Shown in pieces: positions 14,946-30,374 of a DNA stretch of 64,000 bases (position 1 is the first letter of the stretch; each line of letters begins with the position of its first letter). Both the position numbers and the translations under genes were made by a program. Under the pieces are notes generated by a model. That model saw only the letters and a list, made by a program, of their open reading frames with translations. It did not search any database and was not told the DNA's origin. Source of the stretch: the human T2T-CHM13v2.0 reference genome, Homo sapiens; the NCBI RefSeq assembly GCF_009914755.1, contig NC_060942.1. One strand, given 5' to 3'.

Positions 14946-16399
14946 AAGGGAGGTTTGGGGAGCATGGTCTCAGGAGGGAGGGGAAGAAGCACCACAAGGA
15001 CACTTGAGAAATTTTCTGCTGCAGAATTAACTCTTTTAACTGAGCTAAATCAATGTGATTCTGTGCTACATGGAAATGAGAGAAGACGCTCGCAGAAGGA
15101 AGCATCCAGACATACTCTTCAGTCCGCATCCCAGCGAAAGGCCAACAGGAGCCACTCTCCTTGCTTTGCTTGCAGGCTCCAATGTTCTCAGGTTGGTTCA
15201 TGTGTCAGCCTGTACTGTTTTACCTACGTCAACTCATACCATTTATCTCTGTTATAATTCCTGTTTTCTGGGCACACTCACAAAATAAACTGGTTCTCAG
15301 TGAAATTTTTTAGACCATAGCCAAATTACTCTGCAAACACAGGTTGATCTTTCCCAGAACTCCTGTTATTTTAATAATGTAACTGTCATCAGAGAGCACT
15401 GTCTGACTCTGAAAGCCTTCTAAGTGTTTTCTTTTTTTTCCCAAGTGATTGAGTTGCTTCTTTGTTCTCTGCAATTACCCAGCAGGGAAGGCTGCTGAGC
15501 CCCTGGATTTAGACACTGGGATAAAATTCCTAAGCTTAGGAGCAGCTGCACCAGCCACTAAGCACCACAGTCAACTTATCCTTTTAGCCTTTTAGAAGCC
15601 ATAGGTGCAGTTGCATAAGCTGAGACTAGTGCAGTTTATTAAATGGAAGTGAATATAAATATCTCATGACAAGCTATAAATTCATTTACATACTGTGCAG
15701 TAATAAGCTAACACCTCTCTAAATATCAGTTTAAGACGTCTGGGCAATTGAACTGGATGTATATGCATTAAAACAGGCCTGGATAGGTGGCAAAAACACC
15801 CATGTATTATTCATGGAGTTCCACTTCCCTTGCTGATCTATACCATGGCAGGCAGGCAGAGTGCCGGCTTCTGCTGAGCAGTACAGCAACCTGCAATCTG
15901 TGCAATCTTGGCCAAAATACTGAAAAGCAATTACTTATTCAAGATTATCTTTTGCAGTTTTTCTTACTTTAGAGCTTTGTAATTTTTAGCTAGAAATGAA
16001 AAAATGAAGGATTTTTTTTTTTTCTGGAGAACTATTGGAGACACTTTATTGACTCAATCCCTGACCAATGGAAGACACGCTTCACAATTAACATTGTTGT
16101 CTAAGGCTATTTCAGCCATTCTATCAATGCCTTCATTTTCTTCTCTTGAATGCTCCATATTCAGCTTCTCACTCATCACTATGAATGTCAATTAATAGTA
16201 AATTAACTATCATTTCGGAGTCAAGTAGTGGGGAAAAGAAATTAATGATGAGAATGGATATACACCAAATGGAGTATGATATTACTATTTACTGGCTTTA
16301 TCCTGTCTTTCTAACAGCACAGAAAGGAATTAGTTGATGTTTCATAGGTTGCCTAGACTCTAAAACCAAACTTGAGGCATCAGGTATTGGGCAACCCTG

Positions 16400-16790
16400 T
16401 TCACTGTTGATTTCTCTCCAGTACAATATAAGCACAAGGAGAGTAGGGATTTTTACCTTTTGCATTCTTGTTGATTATCCCAGCCCTGAAAACGGATCCC
16501 TTAGTGAAGAGGCAATGCACAGCAAATATCTGCTGAGTGAATGAAACACCACAGGTATGTTCAGCATGGCAAGGAGCATACCCCAAATCATGACATTGGC
16601 AAGCCTTCCAACCTCTGAGAACCACATAAAGCCCACTGGTTTGTAAAAAGAGCTCTCGGGTTCTCAAGACTGAATCGTTTCCTATGTGACCAAAAACAAG
16701 GTACTTAGTGTCACTAAGGTTTGGTTTCTTCATCTTTCAAATGGGCAGATTGATATCTACTCTATAAAATATATGGCATCATTTTTAGGA
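16400..16790 (+). mobile_element. L2 3' end plus MIR fragments
   Basis: ..CAAATATCTGCTGAGTGAATGAA (L2 end); GGTTTCTTCATCTTTCAAATGGG (MIR core). Confidence 0.55.
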
Positions 16791-16821
16791 TAAAAATTAT
16801 ATATTCTATACATATATAGTG

Positions 16822-17422
<601 letters not shown>

Positions 17423-17943
17423 TAAAATAATATTTTTAAGAAAATAAATTAATATTTGTGAAAATACTCTGAAAAAAACTGGACAAACATAAGGTATTAT
17501 TATTTATAATTATTTTTACTTATAATAATAATTATTATTGAATTAACTATCCCCTCAGTATTAACCATTGCCTCAGCTATAGTAAATAAAGCTCATCTTC
17601 CTTAGTTCTATTTGCTGATTATTTGCCTTCTTAATTCACTTCCTGTTTCTCTTGCATTAATACAAGAGAACAGAAATAAAATACAGTTTATTTCTGTAAC
17701 TGGGAACACCCTGTTCCCAGAAGGCTGGAGAAAATATCTACAGACCAACTCAAAATTACAACATTTTCCACTGTTTATACACCTTCTAAGCTATATGTCT
17801 ACGTGTAAGTGGGCATTCATCTAAAGACACAAGTGATTGATTCCTTCTAATCTGTAGCTAAGGTCTGAGTCCTGGAGATCTTCCTCCAGAGCCTCAGCAA
17901 ATTTACTTAATCTAGATGGGTCTTGGAGCCAGAGGTGGTTACC

Positions 17944-18981
17944 TATCGGGGGAACCCACCCCCAATATTTCAACATAGGTTCTTTCTATTTTCCTTAAGT
18001 GTCAGCTGGTCTAAGAAATAAAGAGAAAGAGTACAAAGAGAAGAATTTTACAGCTGGGCCTCCAGAGATGACATCACATATCGGTAGGACGATGATGCCC
18101 ACCTGAGCCGCAAAATCAGCAAGTTTTTACTAAGGATTTCAAAAGGAGAGGGGGTGTACAAACAGGGAGTAGGTCACATGCTTTAAGAGGCAAAAAGCAG
18201 AGCAAAGATCACATGCTTCTGAGGCCAATAAAGATCACAATGCAAAGGGCAAAGCAAAGATCACAAGGCAAAGGGCAAAATCAAAAACTGATAAGGGTCT
18301 ATGTTCAGCTATGCATGTATTTTCTTGATAAACATCTTAAACAACAGAAAACATGGTTTCAGAACAGAGAATCGGTCTGAACTCAAATTTACCAGGGAAC
18401 ATTTTTTTCCCCACTCCAATAAGCCTGAGGGTACTGCAGGAGACCAGGGCATATTTCAGTCCTTATCTCAACTGCATAAGACAGACACTCCCAGAATGGC
18501 CATTTATAGACCTCCCCCAGGAATGCACTTCTTTTCCTAGGATCTTAATATTCCTTGCTAGGAAAAGAATTTAGTGATATCTCTCCTACTTGCACATCCA
18601 TTTATTGGCTTTCTGCAAGAAGAAAAATATGGCTCTTTTTGCCCGACCCTGCAGGCAGTCAGACCGTATGGTTGTCTTCCCTTGTTCCCTAAAATCGCTG
18701 TTATTCTGTTCTTTTTCAAGGTGCACTGATTTCATATTGTTCAAACACACGTTTTACAATCAATTTGTACAGTTAATGCAATCATCACAGTGGACCTGAG
18801 GTGACATACATCCTCAGCTTACAAAGATAACAGGATTAAGAGATTAAAGTAAGACAGGCGTAAGAAATTATAAGAGTATTATTAGGGAAGTGATAAATGT
18901 CCATGAAATCTTCACAATTTATGTTCCTCTGCCATGGCTCCAGCCGGTCCCTCCGTTTGGGGTCCCTGACTTCCCGCAACA
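17944..18981 (-). mobile_element. MER11 solo LTR (HERV-K HML-8)
   Basis: Minus strand TGTTGCGGGAAGTCAGGGACCCC ... GGTTCCCCCGATA, 1038 bp; degenerate 6-bp TSD GTTACC/ATTATC. Confidence 0.93.
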
Positions 18982-19103
18982 ATTATCCTTATTTTTTCTT
19001 CTGCTAAAGTATGGAGGTCTGGGGAGTTCATTTAGACCCCAATAAAACCTGTTTAATCCTAAATGGGTCCTGGTAGGAGGAATGTGAGAATTCCTTCATT
19101 TCC

Positions 19104-19526
<423 letters not shown>

Positions 19527-19885
19527 TAATATTTAACCTAACCATTCAGTCAGTGCCGAAATTGTTGTTGTGGAGGCCTGCTTTTTCAGCTTTTGTGAGA
19601 CCTGGTTTGCCACAAAAGCAAAATAAAAATTAGCTAAGGGGATATTTTGACATCTGTTCTCATTTTCTTCCTTTGCCATGTGGATCTTCTGCCCTGAATA
19701 ATATTACATTTGCTTCCAAAAGTTAAAAAGATTTTGCCCAGCTCTTGCTGAATGAGTATCTCCATGTTTCAAAATTGCTTGTGGTTAAATAAACTTTAGA
19801 GTTAGAGCAATCATAATACTTGCCCCTGTTGATTAAATATCTTCCACAAGGCAAGAGCTAAAGAAGTATATCTTTATATGCATTA

Positions 19886-20207
19886 CAGTCCTTCCTCATA
19901 TTCTGTGGAGGATTGGTTCCAGGACCACTCAGAATGCCAAAATCCTAGTATGCTCAAGTTCCTGATATCAAATGACACAGTGTTTGCATATAACATAACA
20001 TGCATCCTTCTGTATACTTTAAAGCATCTCTAGATTACTTATAATACCTAATACAATGCAAATTACATGTAAATAGTTGTTATACTGTATTGTTTTTATT
20101 TGTACTTTTATTATTGCACTGTCATTTTTTATTGTTACCTCCCAATATATAAGATCCAAAGTTGGTTGAATCCCTGAATGTGGAAGCTGAGGATACTGAG
20201 GACACTG
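19886..20207 (+). mobile_element. MER2 (TcMar-Tigger MITE)
   Basis: TA|CAGTCCTTCCTCATATTCTGTGGAGGATTGGTTCCAGGACC ... GGATACTGAGGACACTG|TA; TIR remnants and TA TSD. Confidence 0.85.
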
Positions 20208-20229
20208 TACTTTACTTAATAACATAAAG

Positions 20230-20640
20230 GCAGGTAAATATTGTAGCTAATAGCATGGATCTGAGAACAAGCATCAGCTCAGTCACTTACTAGCTTTAAG
20301 ACAATCTCACTATCCCTACTTTCCCCATTTTTAAACTGGAGATTATAACAAAACACCTACCTTAAAGGATTTTTTAAAATATTAAATTAATGAACATATC
20401 AAGCAGTTAAATGCATGAAGTACATTTAAAAAACAGGAAAAAATAAGGATTGTGTAAGGTTAGCTGTCATCATTAATAATCTTCACACCAGATATGTATT
20501 TTTAGTGAGTTTTATAGACTTTTTAGTCTGAAGCCAGAGTTGTTACATTACACAGTGAGTAAGTAATGGCTCACAAATTCAACTCAAGACTGCCTGACTC
20601 CATAGCCCAGATTCATTTAACTATTACTGTCTACATACCC
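20230..20640. mobile_element. MIR fragments (both orientations)
   Basis: CTCAGTCACTTACTAGC..TTTCCCCATTTTTAAACTGGAGAT; then ..GTAAGTAATGG..ACTGCCTGACTCC. Confidence 0.55.
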
Positions 20641-20949
20641 AAAAAACATATTCTTCAACAATAAATTGTTTTCATACTGTTAAAGTCAATTCACCAGACA
20701 TTATTTAACATCTGCCACATAGAATTTTTGTGTTGTTGCAAGGCTATTTCCTCTAAACTTACCCTGTTGAGTTTAGGAATAAGAGGACAAAGTTATGACA
20801 GGGAGGAATTTAGAGGAAGATTGTGGGCTCCCTAAGATTAACAAAGAGGGAATATTCTATGTTATATTCACAGTGCACCTTGAGTTGAATGTGTTAAATT
20901 TAAAAGGTTGATGAAGAAACGATTCTAATCCAATTAGAGTGTGATGAGA

Positions 20950-22350
20950 AGAATCGATGTACAAAAACAGTGCCATCAGACATGATTGGATAGAGAACGC
21001 TTCTGGCACATTTGGATAGAGAACACTTCCTCCCATGCTGCTCCCATCAAGTTCATGTTTTGATGGGGAAAGCAGCAATAAGCCAAATACATATCGGTCT
21101 GGCGTGCCAGGCTAGACGATTCTAGTGCAATGGACATGAAGGAGGAGAGAGGTGAAGGCACAGTCTTCAGTCGGTTGTTCAAGAAAGGCCTCACTGAAGT
21201 GGTGTGGGGAAGGGCTGGAGAATGAACTGGGGTATCCGTTGATAAGATGACATGCGTGCTGGCTTATGAAACTGATATGGTTTTCAGGGACCCACAGAGT
21301 GAGATAAGAGGTGCATAAATGCAGAAAACAATTTGAGTAAAGACCAAGAGGCTGAAAAGCAAAGAAACATCAGGTCTATAAAGGAGTGAAGTGTAGTAGA
21401 AAATAAGGCATAAAAGCTACTTTGGCACAATATTAAAGCAGGTCTTGGCAACAAGGCTGAGTTTAGATTTATTCTCTATGGCTTTTAGGGTTGACGAGAA
21501 GAGACTGATATGTTTGGACCTATGCCTGGGAAAAAGCTCTGATGCCTCTATGGAGACCAGTATGGGGGTGGGAGCAAGCAGGGAAGGAGCACAGGATGGG
21601 TTGGGAGGCCACTGTGAGTCACGCAGGTGAAAAGCAGATCTGTTCTAGGGGGAAATACAGAAGAGAAGATGGGACATACGACTTAGATATAGTAGCAATA
21701 TGATTTAGTGACTGGATGACAGGAATGAAGGAGAGATGGGACTGAAAAATGAATAGAGCTTTAGGTTGAGCACCTAGAAGAAGGCTAGTGCATTTTACTG
21801 AGGAAAGAGGCAGAAGAAAGCAGTCTCTTTTTCCTGGATTTTAGTAGAAACAGAAGTAGGGCCAGAGATAGTCAAGAGCGCCATTCTGGACACACTGAGT
21901 CAAGGTTCTATGCCTGCATCTGAAAGGAGATGCCCACAGGCAGCTGAGAACAGGATGGACTAAAGAAGGCAGGCCAGAGGCCAGTGTTTGGGAGTCACAG
22001 AAGGGTGGCAGTCAACAGAGGGGAGAAGATGAACCCCCAGGGGAGAGGGCCCAGAACAACTGAAGATGGAAACTCTGATTTCAATGTGGAACTGAAGAGG
22101 GAAAACCAGGAAAAGAAACTCAGAAGGAACTATCATGGAGATAATAACAGGAAAAAAGTATCTCAGAAATCAGTGGATCAGAGTTGAGAACAAATACGAA
22201 AAATGAGATTGGGGGTGGGTGGAGAACATGAAGGAAGGATGGATTGGACCCATTACCACAAAGAAGCAGAGAGGAAGAGAAACCTCTAGGATCGTTCAGT
22301 AAAACACTGTGAGGAAAGAACATTGAATTTAAACAATTTCTCCTGTTGCA
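20950..22350 (-). mobile_element. L2 fragments (mostly antisense)
   Basis: Purine-rich decayed L2 3'-region motifs (GGCCTCACTGAAG, TTTAGTGACTGGATG, GAGATGCCCACAGGCAGCTG). Confidence 0.6.
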
Positions 22351-23983
22351 TTAACTCAAGGGAAAAATAGCCCCAAAGAACTTCACGAGTATGCTTTAAT
22401 TGCAAATGAATGTCTTTGAGGGAGATTTAAGTAGTTTTGAATGCCCTATGGCTTAACTCACACAAATCATAGCATGAAATATTTAAAACCATAAATCAAA
22501 ACAGCTGGCTAAGTCATTCTGTTTTTTTCTATTTACCTATCTTCCCCTGTAAAAGCAGGTTAATTTATGTCCTAGGTGTCTATTTACACTTTAATTTAAC
22601 AACAATATATATTTTCTCCACTCTCAGGGTACTCGTTGTTAAAGTACTGCAGCACTGAATGAATAGTCCTTTGTTTTCATTTTTTTCTTATTCTTTGAAA
22701 ACTAATTGTTTATCCCTTTGAATTTTAAAAACATTGAAAGAGTAAAAAAGATGGCAATTTGTCTGAAATAAGAATGTGCTGTAAAAAAAGAAAAGGCTCC
22801 CCAGACAGCGTTTTCGTATTATTGAGCATTTAGTAAGAAAAACATTCAAAAATAACCAACATCCGTGGAACTGTGGACTCTGCAAATCTGTCACTAAATT
22901 CCAAAGGAGAAACAGGCTAAATCCGTTAGACGATGCATTGCTTAATCTTGCCTTCTTAATCAACTACAGCATTGAAAAATGCAGACATGATTATGAATTG
23001 CTGCTGATAGTTGAGTGTTCACAGCAGAGAGTTTGTTCTTAACTGTTTTTCTACTGCCAAGTAGCGCTCAACTGCAGCACTTTAAATTATGTGCTCCATG
23101 ATGAAATTGGATGTTCTGCTTTTTAGGTTTTCATCCAGCTAAGATCATGTTTGGGGAGAAGCCAATTCTAGATGCAGTTTTCTGCCTATGAGTTGGAAAA
23201 TCCGAGTTAACTAAAGTTCAGGAAGTTTAGAAAGACTGATTACAGAGACTAGCCTTGCCTGTTTGGTGGCTCAGGGCATCCACAGGACACCCTAACCTCA
23301 GCTGGGTCAGGTCGGCAGGCGGCAGGATCGTTCGGCATGATTGTCAGCTCCCATCAGTGGGGCGTCATTTCCTTTCTCACAGAAGATCCTTAATAAATAC
23401 AGGTTAATTCGGTTTTGTCTTCTTAAGAAATTCTGTGTTTTAGTTCCAGAGATCCATATTTAGTGAAGATAGTACTAAACTGCACTTTGACTTTTCAAAA
23501 TGAAAATTCCTTTCAAATGTTTATCTCTTGCTTCACTGTAGAAACAATTCCAGGAGGCGCGCCAGGCTTATGGACTTCAATTATTCTACCAGAAAACCGA
23601 AGAGCCGAGCATTCTAATACCTTCACAGTGGTCACACAGCTCACTCGGTCGACACTGGGAGGGAAACCCAGACTTGCTGACTCCCAGGAATGCACTCTCC
23701 CTGACCTGCGGTACAGGCTGCCTTGCATGCAGTGTCTGCACAGCTTGAAATTCCAATTTCAAAATGAAAAGAAACTTACAGTATCTCTAAGCCTAGAAGC
23801 AGTGATGGAAAAAAATCTCAAATATAAACCCTAAATCAAAAAAGGGAAGAAACTAACCTCAAAAATTAAGAATTATAGATAGTGAGAGAACGTTTCCGGC
23901 ATAGAAGCCTATGGCCAGGATGGATGGGTGGAAGTAGAGAAAATGAATCTGCCAACACTTTCGTTCTGTTCACTGGTTTTCTA

Positions 23984-24382
<399 letters not shown>

Positions 24383-26049
24383 TTATGTTCTGCCATTGTT
24401 GTGCAAAAGCAGTCATGAAAAATATGTCAACAAATGAGCCTGGCTTTATTCAGATAAATTTTCTTTACGAGGGCATCACAAGCATCAGGCCTAGTTCCCA
24501 CAACCTCCCTACCTAGTATGTCTATCATTAAATCATTTCCACATGCCTTCAGACACTAATTGTTAGCATCTTTATTATCAACAACATCTTGAATTGAATT
24601 TGGGAGGATCTTTAGACTGGTTCAGCTTCATAAGGCCATGACATTGGGTTAAACCCTTATTGAAAGATCCAAAAGGTTGTGATTTTACAATTTTCCACTC
24701 AAATTTAACTTTTGTCAGAGATCCTTCTACAAAAGATTTTTTTTCCTCAGTTAAAAAAAAAAGGAAATTCAGTCTCAATCAGCAAGGATCAAAGATTTGA
24801 AAGCAAGCTTCCAAGTGTCTGGTTTCAGCCATGCTTCCAGATTTGTTATTCCTACATCTAACTGCTTATTTTAGAATAAGCAACCAAATTACCTCATGGA
24901 TTTCCATAAATATGTATAATTAATTTTCTTATGATATAATAAAGGTCCGAGTTTGTTTACTGTGGACTTCTAGGTTTACACACTTTTCCTATAATTAAAA
25001 GAAAGAGAACTGATGAGCCCTAAAGAATCAGACTTGAGTGGGAGTAGAACCTTTGGTTTTTATTATTTCATAATTTTGTTTTCCTCTACAGTTCAGCTGT
25101 GTGTCAGATTATGTCCTTGACGTAATATATTTCCATATTCCTTCAATCTTACGTTGAGAAAAATTTAAATATCTCTTGCCAGAAAATATAATCCAAAATC
25201 AAGAATAACCTTGAAAGTAAGAATTTAACATTCATAAACAGCTATCTTATGTTGATTTAATCAGCTAAATGCAATTATTATCAGGGACTCACATACACAA
25301 AAGGGAGAGCTGCAAAGCATGAAACAAGGTTCTCAGCATTTCAGAGAGTGCACCTGGTATCAACTCCCACTGTTTCTATGAGAAATTAAACTTATCAACA
25401 AGAATATAAACTTGCTTCCACTTATTTAATCCATATTTGAAAAGTCTCTATTCCTTCAGTTTATAAAGCTAATGAATTGACTTCCCATTCATATCAAATA
25501 TTGCTTTGGAATGTTTTCCAAAGAATATGTATCTTTTAACAAAAACAATTTATGCGAAACATTATATCACTAAATCAAGTATTTTATCTCCAACACATAA
25601 CAGACTCAGACAATTAGAACCATCCTAAGTAAGAGCACTGATCTTTACTGAAACCTTTCAAAAATACAGAAAGAAATGTATTTCTCATAATGTGTTAGTT
25701 TTAACAAAATTTATGGTAAACGTTGTAATTTGATCTTTCTTATAACTTTCAGTTTTTTTTAAGGATTTGAAATATAAAAATATATTTTCAGAAGGTTCAT
25801 TTGTAAAATAATTTGAGGGGGCAATCCTAAAATATGTGTGATCCACCTCAAGTACCTAATTTCAAGCCATGCATCTATATTTCCTGTAGGTAAAACCCCA
25901 TTACTTTGTTGTGTTAACTGATTTCTTCCTATATGAACTTTTCTCCTTTCAGGGATCTTTTCCTACCAATGACAATTGTAAAACAACATGACATGCACGC
26001 CCAACTTTGATCCATGCGGGTCCTCACTGAGATGGAGACATTTAGAGGG

Positions 26050-26450
26050 ATGAGGTGTGGGAGGGGCACGGGCTCCTGGTTCAGGCACCCTGAGTTCTAA
26101 GGGTTCACAGCAGCCCCTTCCTACTTACGTCAACCTGGGCAAGTACAATGTTTTGCACTTTAGTTTGTTTTTTGTCAAATAAAGATCAAAATACCTATCT
26201 GGAAGAATTAGAATTGCAGTCTCTCAAAGAACAATTGATATTTTCTCACTGATGCCCTGACTCTACCACTTCCTTCCTATACTTCCTTAATTTCTCTGTG
26301 TTTAGTTTCCGCATCTGTAAAATAAGAATAGCAGCCACATCTGTCTCTCATTGAGAGAGAGGATTAATGAGAGATGCAGGCAAAGTGTTTCTAGCAGTAC
26401 TTGGCAGATGATGAGGACTCAATAAATATCAAATATTTTTATGATTATTA
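26050..26450 (+). mobile_element. MIR fragments
   Basis: CCTGGGCAAGT..; TTTAGTTTCCGCATCTGTAAAAT; CTCAATAAATAT. Confidence 0.6.
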
Positions 26451-26459
26451 TTTTTAAAG

Positions 26460-27490
26460 TATTCTTAATGGGCCAAGAGGTAACTCTAATTAGGCTTATA
26501 TACTAGCAGGAAAGAGACAAAAAATGTCTATGTTGCTTACTTTATGACTTGAGCTGTCACAGAGAAGATCAGGGGAAGATGGAAGAAAATGGCCTGGGCA
26601 GAGTTGCTGATCTGGAGGAAACCCTCCTGAACTGAAGTCCGGGATGAGCAGGAGCCTGCTAAGCACAGGTGGAGGGCGTGAGGGTGTATCACAGGCACAG
26701 ACAGAACATATCAAACTGTCCGTGGAGCATGAGATGACACAGGAACTGAAAGGCATTTGATATGCTTTGGCTGTGTCCCCACCCAAATCTAATCTTGAAT
26801 TGTAGCTCCCGCAATTCCCACGTGTTGTGACAGGGACTGGTGGGAGGTAATTGAATCACGGGGGCAGATATTTCCTGTGCTATTCTCATTATAGTGACTA
26901 AGTCTCATGAGATCCGATAGGTTTATAAAGGGGAGTTTCTCTGCCCACCTTCTCTTCTCTTGTCTGCTGCCATGTGAGACATGCCTTTCACTTTCCACCA
27001 AGATTGTGAGATCTCCCCAGCCACATGGAACTGTGAGTCCGTTAAAACTTTTTTTTTTTGTAAATTGCCCCGTCTCAGGTATGTCTTTATCAGCAGTGTA
27101 AGAACAAACTGATACAGCATTCATTCAGCGAATTTGAGATGTGATGTACAAGGGTTCAGGGTGATGAAAAATGAAGCTGGAGAGGTTGGTAGAAGCAGCC
27201 TCATAAAAACCTTGTTAAAAGGTTTGATATGTATCCTGACAGCTGTGGAGAGCTAGCAAAGAGATTTAAGCAGGAAACTTGATGCATGTCCTTTGAGGAG
27301 CATCATTCTGTGTGCATGTGAAAGACTCCATTGGAAGGGCAAGCCTGGAGTCCGGGCATGCAGACAGGAGGCAGAGATGTCAGAGATGTATTCCCCTGCA
27401 GCCAGGTAACCAGGCATGGGGAAGAGTAGGTGGATTTGTGAAATATGGAGGTGGTGACTCTACAGGATAGCTACATTTGTTACTGATTGG
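26460..27490 (-). mobile_element. L2 fragment, interrupted by THE1
   Basis: Antisense L2 motifs continue across the THE1 insertion. Confidence 0.6.
26758..27116 (+). mobile_element. THE1 (B/C-like) solo MaLR LTR
   Basis: TGATATGCTTTGGCTGTGTCCCCACCCAAATC ... AACTGATACA; perfect 5-bp TSD GCATT. Confidence 0.95.
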
Positions 27491-27880
27491 AAATGTTTAT
27501 TTATCCAACCCTCTAAATTAGACAGTACTGAAAATGGCCCAGTCGGTGAGGCATGATCTATTAAAGTGTTATGTTACTGATAACAGTAAAGAAGCACAAT
27601 GTTTCATTTAATGCACAGAGAGCCCTGCGAACGATGCAGGTTCCAGTCAGCGACGTCTTTGCTGAGATTTATCTTCACCAAGATGCACCTTGGGCCCCCA
27701 GCAAGGACCTAGGGAGATGTTCGGCATTCAGACCCCAAGAAGAAGGGAGGCCCAAGGCTGGGGACTCTGCCAAGTAAAGGAGGCCGAGGAGGCCCTGAGG
27801 CTTATGATGTCTGAGGGAGTGGGGCATGAAAGAGGGATAAGACAGAAGACCTAGGGATGCTGAATGGAGCCAGGAGGCAG

Positions 27881-28185
27881 TGTATAGAACACCCTTGACA
27901 TAAGTGACTCCATCTTAGAAAAAGACTCCATCTTACATTTCAAAAGGTGTCAAGCCAAAAGGGTCCAAATATTCACCCAACCAATAGAGACCACACCCAA
28001 CCAGATAAGGGCATAACCCTTCACTATCAGTCCTCATTAGAGGACTCAAAGGCTATCAAAAGAGCCAGACTTCACTAGCTAGACGTGGCCATCTCAACAG
28101 GCACCTCTTGCTGTCACTTGTGATCACTCTCCTTGGACTGGTTCATTAATCCTTTTTCCTGCACCCTTTTCTCTTGATGTTAAAT
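27881..28185 (+). mobile_element. Truncated ERV LTR fragment
   Basis: TG start; duplicated GACTCCATCTT motif, CCAATAG and AGATAAG typical of LTR U3. Confidence 0.45.
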
Positions 28186-28340
28186 CAAATTATGTTGACA
28201 AAAAGCTGTACTGGAGATCACATTAACTAGCTCTACAATGTATTTCAACAGGTGAGTTTTGGATTTAAATGAGGCCCATCAATGATTAGCCATCTGATGA
28301 CTGCCATGCATGGCCTGTGACACTGTCGTTCAGTGTGTGC

Positions 28341-28780
28341 TGTGAGATAACTCTCCATGGGTTTCTTGGGTTTCCGCACACCTTACAAATAGAATCGCTG
28401 ACTGCTTTTTTATTCTGAGCTACTTTTCCCAGAATGTTTCTCTAGTGAACAGCCTTTGAAGATTGAGATCGTGTTTTCCTGGAGCAATGGTCAGTCATGA
28501 CTACAGCCCGGGGCCTAAGGTCAAAGTCTCATCCTGGAATGCAACCAGTATGTGTGCTGATGTTACATGGTCCTCTTTGTGTCACCCTAGAAGAACTGGA
28601 ACTCAAGGAACCAGTACAACAAAAGCCGATTCTCTGGGTATTGCTGTTTTTGTGAGTAATAAAGTCTTAGTCTCAGGCCAGGCAGTCTAGTGTCTTTCAC
28701 CAGCATCCATGAACCTGTGACTTGCTAAGCTGTTATCTCACAAATAGGGTAAAATCTCAGACTTTTCACAGTTCTCAACA
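28341..28780 (+). mobile_element. MER54-like ERVL LTR
   Basis: ..CTCTCCATGGGT..; GTGAGTAATAAAGTC poly(A) signal; ends GGGTAAAATCTCAGAC..CACAGTTCTCAACA. Confidence 0.65.
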
Positions 28781-29063
28781 GATACTATGCTTCTCATTTA
28801 GGCAGCCACATATGGTCAGAGAATTTTTTGCCTGCAAAATTAGTGCCTTTCTTGGCAAAATGGTCTGCCTTTTTTAATTCAATGATGAAAATTATGCAAC
28901 CCTCATGATTTTTTTTGTTTGTGTTGGTTATAGAAAGCTCAACAGTAAATTAATGTTTAGTCAAAATAACAATGTGAGCATAAGTATAATTTCACTTGTT
29001 ACATACCATTTTCGTGTTAATATAGCTATTTTCTTCTGGTAAACTGATAAGCAAGGGCAATAA

Positions 29064-29402
<339 letters not shown>

Positions 29403-29488
29403 TGATAGGGATCAAATGAATGACTAGTTCAGAATGTGGCCAACCTGGACTACTACAGTATCTAACTGCTATTTAAATAATCATTTCA

Positions 29489-29791
29489 ACCAGGTATGGT
29501 AGCTTATGCCTATACTCCCAGCACTTTGGGAGGCCAAGGCAGGTGGATCACCTGAGGTCAGGAGTTCGAGACCAGCCTGGCCAACAGGGCAAAACCCCAT
29601 CTCTACTAAAAATACAAAAAAATTAGCTGAGCGTGGTGGTGGGCACCTGTGATCCCTGCTACTCAGGAGGCTGAGGCAGGAGAATCACTTGAACCTGGGA
29701 GATGGAGGTTGCAGTTGAGCTGAGATTGAACCACTGCACTCCAGCTTGGGCAACAGAGTAAAACTCTGTCTCAAAAAATAACAATAAAAAA
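29489..29791 (+). mobile_element. AluSx/Sq-like
   Basis: Full Alu dimer with A-rich tail. Confidence 0.93.
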
Positions 29792-29802
29792 TAGTCTTTT
29801 CT

Positions 29803-30014
29803 ATGGACACAGGAAGGGGAACATCACACACCGGGGACAGTTGTGGGGTGGGGGAAGGGGGGAGGGATAGCATAGGAGATATACCTAATGCTAAATGATG
29901 AGTTAATGGGTGCAGCACACCAACATGGCACTTGTATACATATGTAACAAACCTGCACGTTGTGCACATGTACCCTAAAACTTAAAGTATAATAATAATT
30001 AAACTCTAAAAAAA
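29803..30014 (+). mobile_element. Short 5'-truncated young L1PA 3' UTR (L1PA3/4-like)
   Basis: GGACACAGGAAGGGGAACATCACAC..G-rich tract..GTACCCTAAAACTTAAAGTATAATAA; TSD AGTCTTTT(T)CTAT. Confidence 0.93.
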
Positions 30015-30374
30015 AGTCTTTTCTATTGAAATATCATAAGCTCTCTCCCTTGAGAACAGGAACCTCCAGGGCTGCCAGAGTCTTCAGTGAATCCATGATG
30101 CAGGGTCCAGGGAGAGTCCACACGACGGCAGTGGCCTGTGGTGCACAGGATCACTGATGGCTCTCTGAAGCTCTCCTGGGGTGGAAGGTTACAGATGGTT
30201 CTCAGACAGGTGGGGGTCTGCGACTTCTTCCCTTAATGAAAGGGCTGGGTTCTTGGTGAGGTACTAGACACAGATCCTGATGTAGGAATGATGAGAGTGG
30301 AAGCTCTTGGGGAGGAGAGCATTTAAACATGGACTCCAGCAAGAGCCACAGACGTGGGCAAATGCTGCAGTGGC